Both the position numbers and the translations under genes were made by a program. Shown one piece after another: positions 37,735-48,196 of a stretch of 64,000 bases of DNA; the stretch's first letter is position 1; the number at the start of each line of letters is the position of its first letter. The notes beneath the pieces were generated by a model that was not told the origin of the DNA, made no database searches, and saw only the letters and a list, made by a program, of their open reading frames with translations. The DNA comes from Longimicrobiales bacterium (lineage in GTDB: Bacteria; Gemmatimonadota; Gemmatimonadetes; Longimicrobiales; Gaopeijiaceae), in contig CBDCKN010000013.1 in the NCBI GenBank assembly GCA_965218295.1, positions 544,001-608,000 on the forward strand. Direction: 5' to 3'.

Positions 37735-38235
37735 CTACCCTTCCCGGGGATCCCCCTCGTCCAGCACCTTCTGGGTGCGCTCGGCACGGTAGCGCCGAAC
37801 GGCCTCCCGTATCTCCGGGAACTTGTTGCCCAGCATCTCGCCGGCCAGAAGCGCGGCGTTGGTCGCCCCCGGCTTGCCGATGGCCAGCGTCCCCACCGGG
37901 ATGCCTGCCGGCATCTGAACGATGGACAGGAGGGAGTCCAGTCCGTCCAGGGCCCATCCCTTGATGGGGACGCCCAGGACCGGGACGACGGTCTTGGCCG
38001 CCATCATCCCTGCCAGGTGGGCCGCCCCGCCGGCGCCGGTGATGATGACCTCGAGTCCTCGCTCTTCCGCAGTCGATGCGTATTCGATGCAGAGGTCCGG
38101 AGTGCGGTGACCGGAGATAACCCGGACCTCGTGAGGGATCCCGAGGCTCTCCAGTGCTTCTACGGCCCGACTCATGGTCTCCCAGTCGGACCGGGAGCCC
38201 ATGACCACGCCCACGAGTGGCTTGGAGTTATTCAT
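37735..38235 (-). CDS. purE: N5-carboxyaminoimidazole ribonucleotide mutase
   Basis: VMGSRSD, SGHRTP, GAGGAAHL, DSLLSIVQMPAGIPV. Confidence 0.97.
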   Translation of the reverse strand: MNNSKPLVGVVMGSRSDWETMSRAVEALESLGIPHEVRVISGHRTPDLCIEYASTAEERGLEVIITGAGGAAHLAGMMAAKTVVPVLGVPIKGWALDGLDSLLSIVQMPAGIPVGTLAIGKPGATNAALLAGEMLGNKFPEIREAVRRYRAERTQKVLDEGDPREG

Positions 38236-38327
38236 GGGAGGGAGCTTGGGTTGGGCGTGGACGCGGGTCAATAGGGCACGGCAGCGTCTCGACAATGACG
38301 GCCTCGTCGTCTACACTCGCGGGCACC

Positions 38328-40667
38328 ATGACCGACATGACTCGGCCTCCCGAAGGCCCCCCCGTCTGGCCGTCCCACCGGCTGGATCTGCTGGCATTCC
38401 TGCCCATGATCCAGGTGGCCTGGAGCGACGGCGTTCTGACCCCCGACGAGCTGCTGGCCCTGTGCGAGGGGCTGGAGGATCAGGAATGGCTAGATCCTGA
38501 GGGCCTGGCGATCCTGAGGAGCTGGCTCCGTCCAGACTACCCACCGACCCCAACGGCCGTCGTAGAGCTGCGCGAGATCGTCCGGAGCTGGTGGCCCGAA
38601 GACCGGCGCGTGCCCGATTCGCTCGCGGGCCTGGGGCTCGAGCTGATCCGCGGGGCGGGGTTGACGGCGGGCCCCTGGACTGAGGATCGCGCGCCGGAGG
38701 CCCTCGCCCGGGCCGAGGAGCGCCTTGGGATACCTGGGCCGGAAGCCGTTCGAGAGCTGCTGGGCATCTCCGGCCCCCCCCGCAGCGAGCGCCACCGGCA
38801 CGCTCCCTTTTGGATTGAGTCTCTCGGCTCGTACCTGGACGACACGCACGTCGACATACGGACCCGCGTCCTCGAGCTCATGAAATCCCCCGAGCTGGCC
38901 CTGCCGTTGGGGCTGCCTCGAGGCGAGTACCGGGAGCGGGTGCTCGAGGCGCTCCAGATACTGGCGCGGGAGGGCCTAGGCAGCCTCGAGTACCCGGAGG
39001 CCTACGGCGGCCGAGACGACCCGAGCGCGGCCATCGCGGTCTTCGAGACTCTGGCCTACGGAGACCTGAGTGTGCTGGTCAAGTTCGGGGTACAGTTTGG
39101 GCTCTGGGGTGGAAGCATCCTCCAGCTCGGCACCGCGTACCATCACGAGGCCTACCTCGCCAGGATAGCCTCCCTGGAGCTTCCGGGCTGTTACGGGATG
39201 ACAGAAACGGGGCACGGCTCCAACGTTCGGGATCTCGAGACGGTCGCCCGCTACGACGCGGAACCCGGAGAGTTCGTCGTTCATACCCCCTCGCCGGACG
39301 CAAGAAAGGACTGGATCGGAAACGCGGCCCTCCACGGCCGCATGGCCACGGTCTTCGCCCAGTTGGAAGTGGGCGGCACGCGCCACGGAGTCCACGCGTT
39401 CGTGGTCCCCATCCGGGACGATGACGGCCAACCTCTTCCCGGAGTGACCATCACCGATCGGGGCGACAAGGTGGGCCTGAACGGGGTCGACAACGGGACC
39501 CTGTCCTTCCACGACGTTCGGATCCCCAGGGGGAACCTCCTCAACCGCTTCGGCGAGGTGACCCCCGAAGGCGTCTACTCGAGCCCGATCCCGAGCTCCG
39601 GTCGCCGCTTCTTCACCATGCTGGGCACGCTCGTGGCCGGCCGGGTGAGCGTGGCGGCCGCGTCCGTGAGCGCCGCCAAGACCGCCCTAACTGTGGCGAT
39701 ACGTTACGGCGATGGACGCCGGCAGTTCGGGCCGTTCGGCTCGGAGGAGGCCCCAGTCCTCGACTACCGGGTCCACCAACGCCTCCTGTTGCCCCGGCTC
39801 GCCACCACGTACGGACTACACTTCGCGGTCCGGGACCTCATCAGGCGTTACACGGGAGCGCCCGACGGGGCGGTGGAGGTCGACGCCGCCGGTCTCAAGG
39901 CCTACGCATCCACCTCCGCGGTGGCGACGATCCAGGCCTGCAGGGAGGCCTGTGGCGGCCAAGGGTATCTGGCGGCCAATCGCCTGGGTATCCTGCGGAA
40001 CGATGTCGACGCCTTCACCACGTTCGAGGGCGCCAACCCCGTGCTGCTTCAACTTGTCGCGAAGGGGCTGTTGTCGGGTTATGGGGACGAGTTGGGAGAC
40101 CTGAGACTCTGGGGGATGCTTCGACACGTAGCCGAGCGGGCAGGAGTGCGTTTGACCGAGATGAACCCCGTCGTCACTCGGAGAACCGACGAGGATCACC
40201 TCCGGGACCCCGAATTCCACGTGGCGGCCTTCCGATACAGGGAGGATCGCCTATTGGCCTCCGCGGCCAGGCGTCTCAGGGATCTCCTGGAAGACGGTGT
40301 GAACTCCTTCGACGCCATGAACCGCACGCAGGATCACCTCGTTACCCTGGCCCGCTCCCACGTCGAGCGCCTCGTCCTGGAACGCTTCCGGCACGCTGTC
40401 GTGCGTGCTCCGACTCCCGGGCTCTCGGAGGCCTTGGATGGTCTGGCCACGCTCTATGCCCTGGCCACCATGGAGACGAACCGGGCCTGGTACCTCGAGA
40501 GCGGCTATATGGAGCCGGCCAAGACACGTGCCATCCGATGGCTCGTGAACGAGCTCTGCTCCGAGATCAGGGAGCAAGCCGTGTTCCTCGTGGACGGATT
40601 CGGGATTCCGGACGAGGTGCTACGAGCGCCCATCGCGCCCGAAAGCGGGGACTCCACACGAGTCTGA
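38328..40667 (+). CDS. Acyl-CoA oxidase/dehydrogenase with an N-terminal TerB-like domain
   Basis: GMTETGHGSNV, KDWIGN, GLNGVDNG, CREACGGQGY, TFEGAN; N-terminal AWSDGVLTPDE. Confidence 0.88.
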   Translation: MTDMTRPPEGPPVWPSHRLDLLAFLPMIQVAWSDGVLTPDELLALCEGLEDQEWLDPEGLAILRSWLRPDYPPTPTAVVELREIVRSWWPEDRRVPDSLAGLGLELIRGAGLTAGPWTEDRAPEALARAEERLGIPGPEAVRELLGISGPPRSERHRHAPFWIESLGSYLDDTHVDIRTRVLELMKSPELALPLGLPRGEYRERVLEALQILAREGLGSLEYPEAYGGRDDPSAAIAVFETLAYGDLSVLVKFGVQFGLWGGSILQLGTAYHHEAYLARIASLELPGCYGMTETGHGSNVRDLETVARYDAEPGEFVVHTPSPDARKDWIGNAALHGRMATVFAQLEVGGTRHGVHAFVVPIRDDDGQPLPGVTITDRGDKVGLNGVDNGTLSFHDVRIPRGNLLNRFGEVTPEGVYSSPIPSSGRRFFTMLGTLVAGRVSVAAASVSAAKTALTVAIRYGDGRRQFGPFGSEEAPVLDYRVHQRLLLPRLATTYGLHFAVRDLIRRYTGAPDGAVEVDAAGLKAYASTSAVATIQACREACGGQGYLAANRLGILRNDVDAFTTFEGANPVLLQLVAKGLLSGYGDELGDLRLWGMLRHVAERAGVRLTEMNPVVTRRTDEDHLRDPEFHVAAFRYREDRLLASAARRLRDLLEDGVNSFDAMNRTQDHLVTLARSHVERLVLERFRHAVVRAPTPGLSEALDGLATLYALATMETNRAWYLESGYMEPAKTRAIRWLVNELCSEIREQAVFLVDGFGIPDEVLRAPIAPESGDSTRV

Positions 40668-40807
40668 GGGCCCCAGAAGCACTGATTGCACAGCGTTTTC
40701 GACCCCGGTACCTCGACGCCCCAGGGAAGGAAACACTTGTTTCCTGAAAACCGGCCCCGCATCTTACAAGGGTTCAAGACATCTAGACTCCCCCGAGGAA
40801 GGGACAT

Positions 40808-41826
40808 ATGGCTCGCAAGATCGTGTCCGCCTGCGCGGTAGTGGCTAGCCTGTTGGCGGTGACTCCCGCTCTGGCCCAGACGCCGGTGTGGTCGGCAGAC
40901 CGCCCGGACGCGCACGCCCCGGTTGGGGTCATGGCCGACTACACCCTGGAGAAGGGCGACGTCTATATCGGCTATCGGTATTACCGAGAGGACTTCGAGG
41001 GGACGCTCGTCGGCACGACGCCGTTCTTCTCGGACGATGTCCTGGACTTCTTCTCCGTGGCTCCCCTGTCCCTCGACAGCGAGAGGCATGAGTTGGAGCT
41101 GCGCTGGGGACTCTCCGACAACTTCACGGTCTCCGTGTCGATGCCGTTCGTAATCAACAACATGTTGAGCCTCACGGAAGACGACGAGTTCTTCCAGACC
41201 ACGGCGAACAACATCGGTGACCTGAGCGTCCGCTTTCTCATCGACCTGTTCGAGATCGACCAGTACAGGATGCACGTCCTGTTGGGGGCCACCGCTCCCA
41301 CCGGTGAGAATCTGTCCGGGACCAGACGCCCTCCTCGGGGACCGGCGAGGACGTGCTGCCCTTCCCCATGCAGACCGGCACCGGCCACCCGGACATCCTG
41401 GGAGGCCTGACGTTCATTACCCAGAACGAGGTGGCCAGCGTCGGTGCACAGGCCAACATCGCCATCCGCGCCGTCGACAATGACCGCGACTACCGCCTCG
41501 GCGACCGGTTCGAGTTCACGGCTTGGGGTGCATACAACTTCAATGATTGGCTGAGCCTATCGGCCCGGGTCCTCTACGAGACCGTTGGAGAGACCGAGGG
41601 CGTCGAGCCGCTCACCGACGGGGTCGAGGATCCGAGTGCGAACCCGTTCGCCCAGGGAGGCGAGCGCGTGTACATCCCGTTCGGCGTCAACCTCTACTTC
41701 CGCGATGGCTTGGTGAAGGGCCACCGGATCGCCTTCGAGTGGTATTACCCGGTCCATGAGGATCTGAACGGACCTCAGCTGTCGGCCGATCAGACATTAG
41801 TCACTTCCTGGCAGATCGTGTTCTAG
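40808..41826 (+). pseudogene. Outer-membrane beta-barrel transporter-like protein, frameshift near 41310
   Basis: Signal peptide, RPDAHAPVGVM, PMQTGTG, C-terminal Phe; split across two frames. Confidence 0.7.
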
Positions 41827-43097
41827 ACCACGCGTACCATGTGGTAGGCCTTCTTCCCTTTCCTCAGAACCAGAAAGCGGCCCTCCACCGCGTCTTCGAG
41901 CCGGACTTTGGCTTCCACGTCCTGAACCCGGACGTTGTTCACATAGATACCGCCTCCCTCGATGGAGCGACGAGCATCACCCCGTGAGCTCGCCACCCCG
42001 GCCGACGCCAGCAGGTCGAGGATCCCTTTCCCCTCCCCTTCCAACTCCGCCCGCGGTATCTCGCTGGAGGGTACCTCGGCGAATATGTCGGCAATCTCGT
42101 CTGCCCCCAGGCCCGAGAGCTCGCCCCCGAAGAGGACGGCCGTCGCCGCTCGGGCGCCGGCCAGGCCCGTCTCGCCGTGGACACTCCTCGTGACCTCCTC
42201 CGCCAGCCTCCGATGGGCCGCCCTCTCGTGCGGGCGCTCGGCCAACTCCGCCTCTTCGACCGCTATCTCGTTGGCGTCCCGCAGCGTGAAGTACTTGAGG
42301 TATCGGACGACGTCGCCGTCAGCGACGTTCATCCAGAACTGGTAGAACCGATAGGGAGAGGTGAGCGTGGGGTCGAGCCAGACGGACCCCGCCTCGGTCT
42401 TGCCGAACTTGCGGCCCCCGGCCCCGGTCACCAGCGGGTAGGTGAGGCCGTGGGCCTTCTCGCCCCTCATCCTCCTGACCAGGTCGATTCCCGCCGTGAT
42501 GTTCCCCCACTGGTCCCTGCCGCCCATCTGGAAGGTGCACCCATAGTGTTCGTTGAGTGCCACGAAGTCGTAGGCTTGCAAGAGCGCGTAGCTGAACTCC
42601 GTGTAGGAGATCCCCACGTCCTCGTCCTCCAGCCGACGCCGTACCGACTCCTTCTTCAAGAGAGCGTTCACCGAGAAGTGCTTTCCCACGTCCCGAAGGA
42701 AGTCGACCATTGCGATGTCGCCAAGCCACTCCAGGTTGTCCACCGTGCGGGCCGGGTTGATGGCGCACTCGAAGTCGAGAAAGTGCTCGAGCTGAACCTG
42801 CATGGACGCCAAGTTCTCGGCGGCCTCTTCCTTGGTGAGAAGCTGCCGCTCTTCGATCTTCCCGGACGGATCCCCGATGAGCCCGGTGCCCCCACCCACG
42901 AGCACGATGGGGTGGTGCCCCATACGCTGGAGGTGTACGAGACCCATGATGGGCATGAGGGAGCCCACGTGGAGACTCGGCGCCGTGGGATCGAAGCCGA
43001 TGTATCCGGTCACGGACCCCTCTTGAAGGGCCGCGCCGGCCCCTTCGGTGGCGTCCTGCAACATCCCGCGCCAGCGGTATTCTTCCAGTAGGTTCAT
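41823..43097 (-). CDS. tyrS: Tyrosine--tRNA ligase
   Basis: GFDPTAPSLHVG, QAYDF, DQWGNI, KFGKT, C-terminal S4 domain. Confidence 0.97.
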   Translation of the reverse strand: MNLLEEYRWRGMLQDATEGAGAALQEGSVTGYIGFDPTAPSLHVGSLMPIMGLVHLQRMGHHPIVLVGGGTGLIGDPSGKIEERQLLTKEEAAENLASMQVQLEHFLDFECAINPARTVDNLEWLGDIAMVDFLRDVGKHFSVNALLKKESVRRRLEDEDVGISYTEFSYALLQAYDFVALNEHYGCTFQMGGRDQWGNITAGIDLVRRMRGEKAHGLTYPLVTGAGGRKFGKTEAGSVWLDPTLTSPYRFYQFWMNVADGDVVRYLKYFTLRDANEIAVEEAELAERPHERAAHRRLAEEVTRSVHGETGLAGARAATAVLFGGELSGLGADEIADIFAEVPSSEIPRAELEGEGKGILDLLASAGVASSRGDARRSIEGGGIYVNNVRVQDVEAKVRLEDAVEGRFLVLRKGKKAYHMVRVV

Positions 43098-43197
43098 TTC
43101 GCTCGGCTCAGTTTCGTCGTCCTGATTCGGAAGCCGAAAGATAGTCGCGGTCCGATCGGACGCGAGGCAAATTTCAGCCACCGGTGAGCCAGGCGAC

Positions 43198-44604
43198 TTA
43201 GAGAGGGCCGATTCCGACCAGACGGGCCCGTACCTCCGCCCGGTCAATCTTGCCGTTGGCGTTCCTGGGAAGCTCTTCGGCGACGGCGAGCCGTCTGGGC
43301 ACCTCGGCACCTGAGACCCGCTCCCGCACGGCGGACTCCAGCGCTTCTATGTCCAGCACCCCGGATTCAGGGACGACTAGGGCCCCCACCACCTCACCCC
43401 AGGTGTCGTCGGAAATACCGACCACGGCGACGGCGGCTACACCCGGAAAGTCCAGAATCACCTCCTCGACCGACTTGGGATCGATGTTGACCCCGCCGGA
43501 TATGATGCGTTCGTCCATGCGTCCGGTGATCCACAGGTGTCCTTCCTCATCGAGGGTGCCGAAGTCTCCGGTGGCCAGCCATCCGTCTTCGTCGACGACG
43601 GACGGAGCCACTGTCGGCCCACGTATCCAGATCTCTCCGCTCTCCAGCAACCGGAGCTCGACCCCGTCGATGGGAGAGCCGACCGTGCCCGGCTTTTCCG
43701 CCACGAGCTCGGGAGGCGCGGTGGCGACCTGCGAGCAGGCCTCGGTCAGACCGTATGAAAGGGCCAGGGGGTATCCCCGGCCGAGAGCCTCCTCCACCAA
43801 CCGCTCTCCGGCTGCCGCTCCACCGATGAGCAGGCAGCGAAGGCTGGATGGAACGGGCGCGCCGCCACGAGCATCGAGGAGCTGGTGGAGCATGGTCGGA
43901 ACGAGTGACGCGTGCGTGACCTCTCCGAAGTCGATGAGCTCCGCCAGGGTCCTCGGGGAGTACGGCCCCCGAACGAGGAGGCACGATCCCGAGTGAGCCA
44001 CCCTGTGGACCAGGGCCAGCCCGCCGATATGGGCCAGAGAGAGCGACGCATACCAGCGATCATCCGGTCCCAGGTCCAGACGGGCCGACACTGCCCGCGC
44101 GCTGGCGTCCAGGGCATCCATGGTCACCGGCACGACTTCGGGCTCGCCGGACGTTCCGGATGTCCAGAGGAGGGCGAAGGGCCGGGGTGCCCCCGCCTCT
44201 TCCCCCACACCGCCGTGGCCCGGGGGCGGCTTGGGCAGGTCGTCCACGGTCGTGAACCAGTCCGGGTCCAGTCCCAGCCCGCGCACGTCAGCATCAGTGC
44301 TCAACAAGAGGTCGGGCCCGACCGCATCCAGGACCCGCTCCATCGCCTCCGATCCCAGTCGGGGGTTCACAACGGCCAGCGTGGCTCCGGTGCGAGGAAC
44401 CGCGAAAAGGGCCTGGACCGAGAGGGCGCTCTGGTGAGAGACCAGGGCCACGGTGGCTCCGGAGCCCGAGCCGAAGGGCGCCAGGCGGCGGGCCATCCGC
44501 GCCACGGCGGCATCGAGCTGGGCGTAAGTCCAGACCTGAGCCCCGTCATCCAGGGCCGGAGCGTCGGGCCGGCTCCCGGCGGCAGCGTGGACAGGATCGC
44601 TCAT
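43198..44604 (-). CDS. menE: o-succinylbenzoate--CoA ligase
   Basis: WTSGTSG, SYGLTEACSQ, TGD, IISGG; men operon context. Confidence 0.88.
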   Translation of the reverse strand: MSDPVHAAAGSRPDAPALDDGAQVWTYAQLDAAVARMARRLAPFGSGSGATVALVSHQSALSVQALFAVPRTGATLAVVNPRLGSEAMERVLDAVGPDLLLSTDADVRGLGLDPDWFTTVDDLPKPPPGHGGVGEEAGAPRPFALLWTSGTSGEPEVVPVTMDALDASARAVSARLDLGPDDRWYASLSLAHIGGLALVHRVAHSGSCLLVRGPYSPRTLAELIDFGEVTHASLVPTMLHQLLDARGGAPVPSSLRCLLIGGAAAGERLVEEALGRGYPLALSYGLTEACSQVATAPPELVAEKPGTVGSPIDGVELRLLESGEIWIRGPTVAPSVVDEDGWLATGDFGTLDEEGHLWITGRMDERIISGGVNIDPKSVEEVILDFPGVAAVAVVGISDDTWGEVVGALVVPESGVLDIEALESAVRERVSGAEVPRRLAVAEELPRNANGKIDRAEVRARLVGIGPL

Positions 44605-45503
44605 CCGAAGGCCAAGCCCACGCTGAGCAGCACGCCGTAGAGCGCCACCACCCGCGCAGTTCCCGGTAATGCAGGGACCAACTCCCGGGCGTCGTCCTTC
44701 GTCATGACTAGGGTCACCGGAGTGATCGATGCAATGCCGGCGCCGAGGGCGACGAGGGCAGTCCCGGGCCACCCGTAAAGCGCCACGCCCAGAACCGGCA
44801 CCGCGAATCCCACGCCCATCAGCAGGACGTATTCGATCCTGCTACCGAGCCGGCCGAGGCGGACCGCGAGGGTGCGCTTCCCGGCCGCCGCGTCGGTGTC
44901 GAGGTCCCTCACGTTGTTGGCCACCAATATGGCCGTGTTCAGGGCGCCTATCCCAACGCCGGCCACGAGTGCGTCTCCCGGAAGCGCCAGAGCCTGGACC
45001 CAGTACGTCCCACCCACCGCCACCAGGCCGAAGAAGACGAACACGAAGGGATCGCCGAGCCCATGGTAGGCCAGTGGGTAGGGACCTCCCGTGTAGGTCA
45101 CGGCACAGAAAAGCGAAGCCAACCCGATCCACACGATGGGCCATCCGCCCACCGAGACGAGATAGACTCCTACGAGAAGCGCCACGAAAAGCGTGATGAC
45201 CATTCTCCACCACACCTGCTTGGGTGGGATCAGGCCGGCCTGGGTCACCCTGAGGGGACCCACGCGGTCGTCCGTGTCACCCCCCCGGAGGAAGTCGTAG
45301 TAGTCATTGGCGAGATTCGTCCCGATCTGGATGAGGAGCGCGCCCACGAGGGCCGCCGCCGCCGGCGCGGCGCGGTAAGTGCTGTGGGCGCCCGCGAGGC
45401 CCGCCCCTACGAGCACCGGAGCCGCCGCGGCCGACAAAGTCTTCGGGCGTGCGGCCAGAATCCAGGCGCGGGTGCGGGAGATGGGTTCTACCACGGCAGC
45501 CAC
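44601..45503 (-). CDS. menA: 1,4-dihydroxy-2-naphthoate polyprenyltransferase
   Basis: [23 protein letters not shown]...GKRTLAV; start approximate. Confidence 0.93.
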   Translation of the reverse strand: MAAVVEPISRTRAWILAARPKTLSAAAAPVLVGAGLAGAHSTYRAAPAAAALVGALLIQIGTNLANDYYDFLRGGDTDDRVGPLRVTQAGLIPPKQVWWRMVITLFVALLVGVYLVSVGGWPIVWIGLASLFCAVTYTGGPYPLAYHGLGDPFVFVFFGLVAVGGTYWVQALALPGDALVAGVGIGALNTAILVANNVRDLDTDAAAGKRTLAVRLGRLGSRIEYVLLMGVGFAVPVLGVALYGWPGTALVALGAGIASITPVTLVMTKDDARELVPALPGTARVVALYGVLLSVGLAFG

Positions 45504-46327
45504 GGAAACTGCCGGAAGTTCGCCTTGCGTTTCTCGAGGAACGCGCTCTTCGCCTCCTTCGCCTCTTCCGTCATGTAGTAGAGGAGGGTGGCGTTCCCGG
45601 CGAGCTCCTGGATTCCCGCCTGGCCATCGACATCCGCGTTGAATGAGGACTTGAGAAGCCTGATGGCCAGGGGGCTCTTGTCGAGAATCTCCTGGGCCCA
45701 GCGCCAGCCCTCCATCTCCAACTCCTGGACGGGCACAACCTTGTTCACCATGCCCATCTCGAGCGCCTCCTGTGCGCTGTACTGGCGGCACAGATACCAG
45801 ATCTCCCGAGCCTTCTTCTGACCCACCATCCGGGCAAGGAACGACGCCCCGAAGCCGCCGTCGAAGCTTCCGACCTTGGGGCCGGTCTGACCGAATACGG
45901 CGTTGTCGGCCGCGAGCGTGAGATCACATACGATGTGGAGCACGTGGCCGCCGCCGAGGGCGTATCCTGCCACGAGGCAGATCACAGGCTTCGGCATGCT
46001 GCGGATATAGCGCTGCAGCTCGAGAACGTTGAGCCGGGGCACCCCGTCTTCTCCCACGTAGCCCGCGTCCCCTCGGACCTTCTGATCTCCCCCCGAGCAG
46101 AAGGCGTAGACCCCGTCCTCCGCCGGGCCTTCTCCGGTTAAGAGCACCACACCGATGCGTGTGTCCTCGCCCGCGTTCTTGAAGGCTTCCTGCAGCTCCA
46201 AAATGGTCCCGGGCCGGAAGGCGTTACGGATGTGGGGTCGGTTGATGGCGATGCGGGCCACCCCGTCGGCCTTCTTGTAGGTGATGTCTTCGTACTCCTT
46301 GACCACCTCCCACTGCGGCTCACTCAT
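45488..46327 (-). CDS. menB: 1,4-dihydroxy-2-naphthoyl-CoA synthase
   Basis: [26 protein letters not shown]. Confidence 0.97.
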   Translation of the reverse strand: MSEPQWEVVKEYEDITYKKADGVARIAINRPHIRNAFRPGTILELQEAFKNAGEDTRIGVVLLTGEGPAEDGVYAFCSGGDQKVRGDAGYVGEDGVPRLNVLELQRYIRSMPKPVICLVAGYALGGGHVLHIVCDLTLAADNAVFGQTGPKVGSFDGGFGASFLARMVGQKKAREIWYLCRQYSAQEALEMGMVNKVVPVQELEMEGWRWAQEILDKSPLAIRLLKSSFNADVDGQAGIQELAGNATLLYYMTEEAKEAKSAFLEKRKANFRQFPWLPW

Positions 46328-46384
46328 CTACGGGCATCCTAGGTCTCGAGTCATTGCCGTCGTCATGTGTCGATCGAGCGCAGG

Positions 46385-48196
46385 TCACGCCACCTCGATC
46401 TCGCGTCGGACCGCCTCGACCACCGCCTCGATCACCTCCCGATGCCGACACTGATTCTCGTCGCGGTCCGTTCGAATCTCCAGAATCTGGGGTCCCGGCT
46501 CAAGCAGGGCCTCACGAAGAGCCTCCGAGGTGCGGGTCGGGTCGTCCAGGCGACGGTACGAAATCCCGTACAGATCCGCGGCGTGGCGAAAGTCGAGCCC
46601 ATGCGGCGTCGCAAAATAGCGAGTGAACTCGGGCTCGTGCTCCCGGATGGGGAGCATGTGGAAGATGCCTCCCCCGTCGTTGTTGATCACCACGAAGAGC
46701 ACGTTCAGCCGATTCTCTCTGACCGCGAACAGTCCATTCATGTCGTGGTAGAAGGCCAGATCTCCGAGCACAGCCACCATGGGCGGCTCATTCCGGTCTG
46801 ACGAATCTCCGACTCGTGAAGAAGTGGCTGCCGCGACTCCCGCCACCGTGGAGACGATTCCGTCGATCCCGCTGGCACCTCGATTCCCGAAAATGCGAAG
46901 ACGCTTCGGCCCTGCCCCTCCGAACGCGTCCAGATCCCTCACCGGCATGGAGTTGGAGACGAAGAGGGTACCCCCCTCCGGGAGGGTCTCCACCACGGCC
47001 GAGAGGACGTCTCCCTCGAAGAAGTCGCCACCAACCCTCTGCACCGCCTCGCGAGCGGCTCGGTCGAGGCGCTTCCACACCCCGCTCCATCCGGCCGGCG
47101 CGACGGTTTGGGACACGCCGGTCGCCACCTCGGCGAGTAGCGCCACCACGTCGGCCTGTACGTAGCGGGACCCGGGAGACAAGGAGTCCTTTTGCGGGTG
47201 CCCTGCCCCGATCACGATCGAGGGCACGCTTCCACACTCCTCCAGGAAGGTGAGGACCCCGGCCGACGTGGGAGGCCGCCCGACTCGGAGGATGAGGTCG
47301 GGCCGAAGCCGGCCCCGCGCCGCGGGGTCCCGGAGGAAGAGGTCCGATGTCACGATCGCAGGTGACCCACAGTCGTGTCCGAAGCGTGCCCCGGAGAGAG
47401 GGTCCGCGAGAAGGGGGAAGCCGGTGGCTGCGGAAAGACGGATCAGGGCAGGCCCAACGCGGTCGGGATCGGCAACGGGGCCGGCCACGATGAGCCCCCT
47501 CTCGCCGCCTCGAAGAAAGCTGACGAGCGCCTCCACCTCCCCGGCCCGGAGAGTGCCGTCGGAGCTCGGGAGGGCCTCCATGGGAGCCCCGTCGGGTCGG
47601 CCGTCTAAGCCCCATGGATCCGCCTCCCGTAGGCTTCCCACTCTCGCCGGATCCATCTCGACGGGCTCCAACGGCTTGTCGAACGGGAGGTTCACGTGGA
47701 CCGGCCCAGGATCGGGCCCCAGGGTCCGGGCCACGGCCTTGCAGGCCAGAGCCCTCGTTTCCCGCAGGTTATCGAGGGCCGGGTCACCGGCGTCGAGGCT
47801 CTCCCTCGGATACGACCCGTAGATGCCCTCCTGATCGATGGTCTGGTTGGCGTCGGAGCCACGAAGGCGGAGGGGTCGATCCGCCGTAAGGACCAACAGA
47901 GGCACGCCACTCCGGGACGCCTCGATGACGGCTGGAAAGAGGTTGGCCGTGGCGGTACCCGACGTGGTGATCACGGCTGCGGGGTTGCGCGTGGCCTTCC
48001 CGATGCCGAGCGCGAAGAAGCCCGCCGATCGCTCGTCCAGGTGGACCCAGGTGGTGAAGCGGGCGTCCATGGCGCACGCCATCACCAGTGGCGTGGGGCG
48101 GGAGCCCGGAGCCACGCACACGTGCTCGAGGCCGACCCGAGCCAGCTCATCCATGAAAGCTCTTGCCCAGGCGGTCGTGACCGCCGGATCGCTCAT
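46385..48196 (-). CDS. menD: SEPHCHC synthase
   Basis: DERSAGFFALG, TTSGTA, GNRGASGIDG, GDLAFYHD, NNDGGGIF. Confidence 0.95.
   Translation of the reverse strand: MSDPAVTTAWARAFMDELARVGLEHVCVAPGSRPTPLVMACAMDARFTTWVHLDERSAGFFALGIGKATRNPAAVITTSGTATANLFPAVIEASRSGVPLLVLTADRPLRLRGSDANQTIDQEGIYGSYPRESLDAGDPALDNLRETRALACKAVARTLGPDPGPVHVNLPFDKPLEPVEMDPARVGSLREADPWGLDGRPDGAPMEALPSSDGTLRAGEVEALVSFLRGGERGLIVAGPVADPDRVGPALIRLSAATGFPLLADPLSGARFGHDCGSPAIVTSDLFLRDPAARGRLRPDLILRVGRPPTSAGVLTFLEECGSVPSIVIGAGHPQKDSLSPGSRYVQADVVALLAEVATGVSQTVAPAGWSGVWKRLDRAAREAVQRVGGDFFEGDVLSAVVETLPEGGTLFVSNSMPVRDLDAFGGAGPKRLRIFGNRGASGIDGIVSTVAGVAAATSSRVGDSSDRNEPPMVAVLGDLAFYHDMNGLFAVRENRLNVLFVVINNDGGGIFHMLPIREHEPEFTRYFATPHGLDFRHAADLYGISYRRLDDPTRTSEALREALLEPGPQILEIRTDRDENQCRHREVIEAVVEAVRREIEVA

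Noticed and set aside
43098..43197. T-box leader for tyrS
   Set aside because: Only 100 bp and no T-box consensus
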